A DNA stretch of 64,000 bases from an uncultured delta proteobacterium (GTDB lineage Bacteria; Desulfobacterota; Binatia; Binatales; Binataceae): positions 1,024,001 through 1,088,000 of the forward strand of contig CAWEEQ010000004.1 of the NCBI GenBank assembly GCA_963808235.1, read 5' to 3'. Positions within the stretch are counted from its first letter, which is position 1; each line of letters starts with the position of its first letter. A program made the translations under genes and the position numbers. Under the pieces are notes generated by a model, which worked only from the letters and a program-made list of their open reading frames with translations, was not told the DNA's origin and made no database searches. Of the stretch, positions 57,533 through 64,000 are shown in pieces.

Positions 57533-59085
57533 AACTTGGTGAATTATTGGCGAGTCTCGACGTCCGTACGGACGGAGACTTAGACGTGGAGATCACGGGC
57601 CTCAGCTACGATTCGCGACAGAGCAGGCCCGGTCATCTGTACTTCTCGATGGCCCGCGATGCGGAGAGGAATCGGGCCAACATTGACGATGCATTAAATC
57701 GCGGAGCGCGCGCAGTGGTGGTGCGAGGTGGAGATGGTGGTGGGCTGGCGCGCCCCGCGGTGACCTTGGTAACGAGCGAGCGGCCGCGCCTGCTGATGGG
57801 CGCGGTCGCGTCGCGTTTTTTCGGCGCGCCGAGCGAACGCGTCGATCTGATCGGGATCACCGGCACTGCCGGCAAGACCACGACCTCATATATTCTCGCG
57901 TCGATCTTCGAAGCGGCGGGGATGCCGGCCGGGATCATCGGCACCATCGGCATTTTCCTCTCGGGAAAGAAAATCTACAGCGGGCTTACGACGCCCGAGT
58001 CGATCGACTTCGAGTCGGCGCTCGCGCGTATGGAAAGCGAGGGCGTGCAACACGTCGCGGCGGAAGTCTCGTCGATTGGAATCGCGGAAGGACGCGTCGA
58101 CGCGCTGCGCTTGCGCGCCTGCATGTTCACCAACCTGGGCCGCGACCATCTCGACTATCACGGCACGATGGAGAATTACTTCGCCGCCAAGTTGCGGCTC
58201 TTCACGGAGATACTTCCACGCGGTCGCGCGAACTCAGTTGCGATAGTTCGCGGCGACGATCCGTATGGCCGGCGCGTGCTCGACGCGGTCAAGACTTCAA
58301 AGCTGAGTTTCGGATTGGATCGGTCGCTCGACGTTCATCCGGAGAATTTCTCGACGGACATGAATGGAATTCACGCGACGCTTTCCGTGCTCGGAAAAAA
58401 AATAGAGATCGATTCGCCGCTGATCGGCGAAATCAACCTGCTCAATATCCTCGGCGCGTCGGCTCTGTCGGCGGCCCTGGGTATCGAATCGGAGGCGGTG
58501 GCGGATGGTGTGCGGCGATGCCCAGGGGCCCCCGGCAGACTCGAAGCGGTTCACGCAAAGCCGGGGGTAACCGTGTTGGTCGACTATGCGCACAAGCCCG
58601 ACTCGCTCGAGGCGGTGCTGGCGACGCTGGTGAAGTTGCGGACCGGCAAGGTCATCTGCGTATTCGGATGCGGCGGCGATCGCGATCGCGGCAAGCGGCC
58701 GATAATGGGCGAAATCGCGGGACGGATTGCCGACCTGCCGGTTCTTACTTCCGACAATCCTCGCAGCGAAGATCCACTTGCGATAATTGCGGAAGTGGAA
58801 GAGGGATTGATCGCGGCAGGCCGCGAACGAATCGACTACCGTGATGCGTCGGCTGAAAAGTTTGCCGAAAAATTCCACCGCTCAGCGGGACGCGGATATA
58901 TCGTGGAGCCGGATCGGCGCAGCGCGATTGCCGCGGCGCTCAGAATCGCGAATCGTGGCGATGCGGTGCTGGTCGCGGGCAAAGGACACGAGGACTACCA
59001 ACTGGTGGGCGGGCGGGTACTCAAATTCGACGACCGGGTAGTGGTCCGCGAGATTGCGGCAGAACTCGGCGGCGGGCAGAGTTGA
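57529..59085 (+). CDS. murE: UDP-MurNAc-tripeptide synthetase (meso-DAP type)
   Basis: GITGTAGKTT, TTPE, RDHLDYH, VDYAH, GCGGDRD, DNPR and GKGHE. Confidence 0.96.
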   Translation: MKLGELLASLDVRTDGDLDVEITGLSYDSRQSRPGHLYFSMARDAERNRANIDDALNRGARAVVVRGGDGGGLARPAVTLVTSERPRLLMGAVASRFFGAPSERVDLIGITGTAGKTTTSYILASIFEAAGMPAGIIGTIGIFLSGKKIYSGLTTPESIDFESALARMESEGVQHVAAEVSSIGIAEGRVDALRLRACMFTNLGRDHLDYHGTMENYFAAKLRLFTEILPRGRANSVAIVRGDDPYGRRVLDAVKTSKLSFGLDRSLDVHPENFSTDMNGIHATLSVLGKKIEIDSPLIGEINLLNILGASALSAALGIESEAVADGVRRCPGAPGRLEAVHAKPGVTVLVDYAHKPDSLEAVLATLVKLRTGKVICVFGCGGDRDRGKRPIMGEIAGRIADLPVLTSDNPRSEDPLAIIAEVEEGLIAAGRERIDYRDASAEKFAEKFHRSAGRGYIVEPDRRSAIAAALRIANRGDAVLVAGKGHEDYQLVGGRVLKFDDRVVVREIAAELGGGQS

Positions 59086-59106
59086 GAGACTCGGGGGCCG
59101 CGCGCG

Positions 59107-60186
59107 ATGCTCTACCTGCTGCTCTACCCACTGCACAAATATTATTCCGGCTTCAACGCACTTCGATACGAGACGCTCCGTTCGGTGTTGGCCGGCTTGG
59201 CGGCGCTGGCGCTGTCGTTGGCTCTGGGACCGGTCCTGATCGAACGGTTCCGCACGCTGCATATCGGCCAGACGATTCGCGAAGTCGTTCCGCAGGCGCA
59301 TCAGAAGAAAGCCGGCACGCCGACGATGGGCGGTTTGCTGATCGTGGCGTCGATGCTGGCGGCGACCTTTCTGCTCGCCAACATTTTAAATCCGTACGTC
59401 TGGATCGCGATTTTCGTGACGCTGACCTTCGGCGCGATCGGCTTCAGCGACGACTACTTCAAGCTCGCGCGCGGCAAGGGACTCGGGCTGAGCGGCCCGG
59501 CAAAGCTGGTGTGGTCGTTCTCGTGCGCGTTCGTCGCGGCGGCTTGGCTGTTTCTGTATCTCGGCTTCGACACACATCTGACGGTGCCGTTCCTGAAGAA
59601 CGTGCATCCCGATCTGCACACGTGGCTGTATATTCCGTTCGCGATGCTGGTGATCGTGGGATGCTCGCATGCGGTGAATCTGACCGACGGGCTCGACGGT
59701 CTGGCGATTGGGCCGGTGATGACGGTGGCGGCAACCTACTGGGTGTTCACGTGGCTCGCCGGTAACATCAGGCTCGCGGGCTATCTGCAAATCCCATACA
59801 TCGCGAATGTCGGCGAGGTCGCGATTTTCTGTATGTCGATGATCGCAGCATCGCTCGGCTTCCTGTGGTTCAACGCGTACCCGGCTTCGATGATGATGGG
59901 CGACGTCGGCGCGCTCTCACTGGGCGCTGCGATCGGTACGGTCGCGGTGCTCGCGAAGCAGGAGTTGGCGTTGATCTTCGCCGGAGGAGTTTTCGTCGCG
60001 GAGGCGGCGTCAACGATCATTCAGCGCTACTATTTCAAAGCAACGGGTAAACGGTTTTTCCTGATGGCGCCGCTGCACCATCATTTTGAACTCAAGGGCA
60101 TCCCCGAAACCGTGGTCGTGATCAGATTCTGGATCGTATCGATCATCTGCGCGCTGGTCGCGCTGAGTACGCTGAAGCTGCGTTGA
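59107..60186 (+). CDS. mraY: Phospho-MurNAc-pentapeptide transferase
   Basis: GTPTMGG, NLTDGLDGL, MGDVG and APLHHHFE. Confidence 0.97.
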   Translation: MLYLLLYPLHKYYSGFNALRYETLRSVLAGLAALALSLALGPVLIERFRTLHIGQTIREVVPQAHQKKAGTPTMGGLLIVASMLAATFLLANILNPYVWIAIFVTLTFGAIGFSDDYFKLARGKGLGLSGPAKLVWSFSCAFVAAAWLFLYLGFDTHLTVPFLKNVHPDLHTWLYIPFAMLVIVGCSHAVNLTDGLDGLAIGPVMTVAATYWVFTWLAGNIRLAGYLQIPYIANVGEVAIFCMSMIAASLGFLWFNAYPASMMMGDVGALSLGAAIGTVAVLAKQELALIFAGGVFVAEAASTIIQRYYFKATGKRFFLMAPLHHHFELKGIPETVVVIRFWIVSIICALVALSTLKLR

Positions 60187-61508
60187 TGGAACTTGGGGGA
60201 AAGCGCGTGATGGTAATCGGGCTCGGCGTCACTGGCGCCGCCGCCGCACGCTTTCTCGCGGCGCGTGGCGCGATCGTATCGATGACCGACCGTCGGACCG
60301 ACGTCGATCGGAGCAAGCTTCCGGCCGGCGTGATGCATCTAGGTCCCGAAGATCGCGCGTGGCTCGGAGGAATCAACCTGGTCGTGACGAGTCCGGGAGT
60401 CCCGCGCGAATCGGTGTTGATCCGCGCTGCGGCAGAGCGCGGAATTCCGGTGATCGGCGAGATCGAACTGGCGAGCCGGTTCATCTCTGCGCCGATCGTC
60501 GCGGTGACCGGCACCAACGGCAAGAGCACGGTCGTGGTGCTGCTCGGCGAGATTCTGAAGGCGGCGGGGATGCGCACATTCGTGGGCGGAAATCTCGGCA
60601 CGCCGCTGGTCGAGGCGGTCGGCGGCGAGTATGACGTGGCAGTCGTCGAGGTGTCGAGCTTCCAGTTGGAATCGATCGAAAAATTTCGCGCGCACGTCGG
60701 TGTGCACCTGAATCTGAGCGACGATCACTTCGATCGTTATCGCGATCTCGAAGACTATGGGCGCGCGAAGGCGCGCATATTCGAAAATCAGGATGCGGGC
60801 GATTACGCGATTCTGAATCGCGACGATCCCAACGTCTGGAAGCTGGCGAGCAGTATGCGTGGGCGAGTGATCAGCTTCGGACTCGCGCGAGTCGATGAGA
60901 CCGATTCGCTCTGGCCCGACGGCAACTCAATCCGCTTCGACCTCGGCACCCGGCGCGGGCGCATCAGCCTCGAGACGTTTCGTCTGAGCGGCCGGCACAA
61001 TATCTCCAACGCGATGGCGGCGTCGGCGGCGGCATTGGCGCTTGAGGTTCAGCCGGAAAATATCGAACACGCACTCGCGTCGTTTCGCGGCCTGGCCCAT
61101 CGGATTGAATTCGTCTCCGCGAAAGGTGGCGTCACTTATATCGACGATTCGAAGGGGACCAACGTCGGCGCGGTGGTCGAGGCGATCGACGCGTTGCCGG
61201 CGCCGATAATTCTGATCGCCGGCGGCCTCGACAAGGGCGGGGATTACGCGCCGCTGAGGCGCCCGCTCAAGGAAAAAGTCAGGCTCGCGATTTTGAACGG
61301 TGCGGCCGGTGCCAAAATGCGCGACGCGCTCGACGGTGCGACCGCGCTCGAGCTGGTGGGGACGTTGAAGGAGGCGGTTGATCGTGCGGCGCGCGCGGCC
61401 CGACGGGGCGATACGGTGCTCCTCTCGCCGGCGTGCTCGAGCTTCGATCAATTCAAGGACTATGCGGAACGTGGGAACGTATATAAAGAGCTGGTTCGGG
61501 CGCTTTGA
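60186..61508 (+). CDS. murD: UDP-MurNAc-L-Ala--D-Glu ligase
   Basis: TGTNGKST, EVSSFQL, DDSKGTN and SPACSSFDQF. Confidence 0.97.
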   Translation: MELGGKRVMVIGLGVTGAAAARFLAARGAIVSMTDRRTDVDRSKLPAGVMHLGPEDRAWLGGINLVVTSPGVPRESVLIRAAAERGIPVIGEIELASRFISAPIVAVTGTNGKSTVVVLLGEILKAAGMRTFVGGNLGTPLVEAVGGEYDVAVVEVSSFQLESIEKFRAHVGVHLNLSDDHFDRYRDLEDYGRAKARIFENQDAGDYAILNRDDPNVWKLASSMRGRVISFGLARVDETDSLWPDGNSIRFDLGTRRGRISLETFRLSGRHNISNAMAASAAALALEVQPENIEHALASFRGLAHRIEFVSAKGGVTYIDDSKGTNVGAVVEAIDALPAPIILIAGGLDKGGDYAPLRRPLKEKVRLAILNGAAGAKMRDALDGATALELVGTLKEAVDRAARAARRGDTVLLSPACSSFDQFKDYAERGNVYKELVRAL

Positions 61509-62610
61509 CGCGGTAGGCTACCGGCGCCCCGACCCGTGGCTGTGGCTGCCGGCGGCGGTGCTGCTGTTGCTGGGGCTGCTGATGGTGCTCAACACGACCT
61601 ACTTTCTCGGCATCGAGAAAAAGGGCGACGCGTTCCATTTCTTCAAGCTTCATCTCGCGCATATCGCCGTAGGATTCATGTTCCTGATCCTGCTCTCGCA
61701 GTTTTCACTGGCCGGCTTGCGGCGAATGGCGATGCCGGTGTTTATCGCCTCGGTCGTGATGCTCGTGCTCCTGTACGTCCCCGGGCTCGGCTTGATGAAG
61801 GGCGGCGCGCGGCGATGGCTTAGACTCGGGCCGATCGTCGCTGAGCCTTCCGAGCTGGTGAAATTCGCACTGGTATTCTTTCTCGCCGAGTTCCTGAGCA
61901 AGCGCCAGGCGCGAATCCGCGAGTTCAAGCACGGACCGCTCGCCGTCTTCCTGATCGTTGGACCGATCACGTTGATGATTCTGAAGCAGCCGGACTTCGG
62001 CAGCACAGTGATGATCGCGCTGATCCTGTTTGCGATGCTTTATGCGGCGGGCGCGCGCTGGACTCATCTTGCGGCCGCGGGCAGTGGTGCGGTCGGACTG
62101 TTAGTGCTGCAGGCGGTCGCGAAATCGTATCGGGTGAAGCGGCTGACGACATTTCTCGATCCATGGTCGGTCGCGCGCGGCGCGGGCTTCCAACTGGTGC
62201 AATCGTTCATCGCGCTGGGCGAGGGCGGCAAATGGGGCGTCGGTCTCGGCGCAGGACGCCAGAAAATGTTCTACCTGCCCGAGGCGCACACGGATTTCGT
62301 GTTTGCGGTCGTGGGCGAGGAGTTCGGCCTGGTCGGCGCCGCAGTCGTGGTGGCGCTGTTCCTGGTGATCCTGTTCCGCGGGATGCGGATCGCGCATGAC
62401 GAGCCCGATCCATTCGCGAGCCTGCTCGCAGTGGGCCTGACCGCGCTGCTTTCGATCCAGGCGTTGATAAATTTGTCGGTGGTGATCGGTTTAATTCCGA
62501 CCAAGGGGCTGCCGCTCCCGTTTCTGAGCTACGGCGGAACTTCGATCATCATCGCGATGTGTGCGCTGGGCGCGCTGCTGGCGCTCGGACGACGACCGGC
62601 GGTGCGATGA
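61462..62610 (+). CDS. ftsW: SEDS peptidoglycan polymerase FtsW
   Basis: GARRWL, PSELVK, QPDFG, LPEAHTDF and PTKGLPLPFLSYGG; start uncertain. Confidence 0.95.
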   Translation: MRNVGTYIKSWFGRFDAVGYRRPDPWLWLPAAVLLLLGLLMVLNTTYFLGIEKKGDAFHFFKLHLAHIAVGFMFLILLSQFSLAGLRRMAMPVFIASVVMLVLLYVPGLGLMKGGARRWLRLGPIVAEPSELVKFALVFFLAEFLSKRQARIREFKHGPLAVFLIVGPITLMILKQPDFGSTVMIALILFAMLYAAGARWTHLAAAGSGAVGLLVLQAVAKSYRVKRLTTFLDPWSVARGAGFQLVQSFIALGEGGKWGVGLGAGRQKMFYLPEAHTDFVFAVVGEEFGLVGAAVVVALFLVILFRGMRIAHDEPDPFASLLAVGLTALLSIQALINLSVVIGLIPTKGLPLPFLSYGGTSIIIAMCALGALLALGRRPAVR

Positions 62611-63692
62611 AGGTGATAATCGCAGGCGGCGGCACAGGTGGGCATCTTTTTCCGGCGGTTGCGCTGGGCGAGGAAATGATTCGCGAGCGGCCCGGAATCG
62701 AGTTGCTGTTCGTCGGCACGAGTGCCGGGATGGAGGCGAAGTGGCTGCCCACGAGTGGGCTTCGGTACGAACTATTCGAGATGCATGGTATTCGCGGGCA
62801 TAGTGCGATGGAGAGAGCGCGCGCGTCGCTGGAGTTCCTTCGCGGGATCGCGCTGGCGCTGGCGCTGGTCCGGCGGCTTCGACCAAGTCTGGTCGTGAGC
62901 GCGGGAGGTTACGCGTCCGCCTCGATGGGCGCCGCAGCGATTATTACCCGCACGCCTCTGGTGTTGATGGAACAGAACACGCGACCGGGTCTCGCGAACC
63001 GGATGTTATGGCGATTCGCCAAAAAGATATGTGTTGGCTTCAGCGACAGCGCCGGTTACTTCAAGTCATCAAAAGTTGAAGTGACGGGGAATCCGACCCG
63101 GCTTCGATATCAGCCTGACCGATCGCGTCGGGAAGGTGCGCCATTACAAATCCTTGTTTTAGGAGGGTCGTCCGGAGCGCACCGTCTGAATTTAGGCGTC
63201 GTAGGGGCTTTCAAAATCTACGGAAAAAGTGTTATAAATTTGCACCTCGTGCACCAGACCGGGGAGGCGGATGTGGGGTTGGTGAGGCAGGCATACAGCG
63301 AAATGCAGTTCAGCGCGGAGGTCGTCCCGTTTATCGACGACGTGCCCGCCGCGATGCATCGCGCCGATCTAATTATATCGCGTTCTGGCGCGATGACGGT
63401 CACAGATATTGTTCTTGCCGCGCGTCCTGCTGTTTTGGTCCCTTATCCGTTCCACAAAGACATGCAGCAACTCCACAACGCGCGCGTGATTGAAAAGCGC
63501 GGCGGGGCGATAATCGTGTCCGACGATGACGCGCTTGCCGCCAATCTCGCGCGAGAGCTCGACGCGCTGCTCCGCAATCCGGCGCGGCTCATCGAGATGG
63601 GCGAGCGAGCGCATCTCGAGGCGCATCCTGACGCCGCGCGCGACGTCGCGCGAATCTGCTTCGAGGTCGCGGGCGTGGAGAATGCCGCGTGA
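62607..63692 (+). CDS. murG: Lipid II GlcNAc transferase
   Basis: GGGTGGH, EQN..PG..N, GGSSGA and SRSGA. Confidence 0.96.
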   Translation: MKVIIAGGGTGGHLFPAVALGEEMIRERPGIELLFVGTSAGMEAKWLPTSGLRYELFEMHGIRGHSAMERARASLEFLRGIALALALVRRLRPSLVVSAGGYASASMGAAAIITRTPLVLMEQNTRPGLANRMLWRFAKKICVGFSDSAGYFKSSKVEVTGNPTRLRYQPDRSRREGAPLQILVLGGSSGAHRLNLGVVGAFKIYGKSVINLHLVHQTGEADVGLVRQAYSEMQFSAEVVPFIDDVPAAMHRADLIISRSGAMTVTDIVLAARPAVLVPYPFHKDMQQLHNARVIEKRGGAIIVSDDDALAANLARELDALLRNPARLIEMGERAHLEAHPDAARDVARICFEVAGVENAA

Positions 63693-64000
63693 GTGAACTG
63701 AACGCAAATGGTCTGCTGACGCGGCAACGCCGGCTTCACTTCGTCGGAATCGGCGGCGCGGGCATGAGCGGAATCGCGGAGCTGTGCCTCAAGCTCGGCA
63801 TGCGGGTCAGTGGATGCGATCTGAAACCGTCGGCGACCACGAGCCGGCTCGCATCTCTCGGCGCGGAAATCAGCCAGGGCCATCACCCGGCGCATCTGAA
63901 GGAAGAGACGGGCATCGACGCGGTGGTCATTTCGTCGGCGATAAAATTTTCGAATCCCGAGGTCGCGCGTGCGCGCGAGATGAACATCCCGGTGATCGCG
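63689..64000 (+). CDS. murC: UDP-MurNAc--L-Ala ligase (3'-truncated by window)
   Basis: GTG start overlapping the murG stop; reads HFVGIGGAGMSGIAE...VSGCD...SSAI...NPE. Confidence 0.93.
   Translation, partial: MSELNANGLLTRQRRLHFVGIGGAGMSGIAELCLKLGMRVSGCDLKPSATTSRLASLGAEISQGHHPAHLKEETGIDAVVISSAIKFSNPEVARAREMNIPVIA

Noticed and set aside
1-64000. tRNA, rRNA or IS transposase genes
   Set aside because: None recognised by eye; a covariance-model scan would be needed to exclude small RNAs.

Overview
GC-rich bacterial chromosome segment. Gene style and content suggest a Deltaproteobacteria-related lineage such as Candidatus Binatota; this is an inference and was not verified. Bases 1-10494 hold the right end of an intact P2/Mu-type contractile-tail gene cluster: sheath, tube, chaperone with a -1 frameshift signal, GpU/X/D/V/W/J/I and a very short split fibre. 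It has several oddities. An RRM RNA-binding protein gene sits in front of a short, Arg/Gly/Ser-rich tape-measure-like gene, and no lysis, fibre-chaperone or att sequence appears before the cluster abuts murF. This is the best candidate for an undescribed system (a domesticated tailocin-like particle). Most of the rest is housekeeping: murF, purE, an Ara4N-type lipid-modification locus with split ArnA, purA/serA, leuS, an ABC exporter pair, mrp, acyl-CoA genes and the dcw cluster mraZ to murC, which lacks murF. Accessory features include two TA pairs, REP-like repeats, a 1.7-kb islet flanked by a duplicated 3' end of a parE toxin, an orphan BrxC/DUF6079-like ATPase and a structured terminator-containing leader before the serine operon. 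Three genes (the epimerase, leuS and mrp) each carry a single-base insertion that is probably an assembly error. All family calls come from motif recognition by eye, without database searches.
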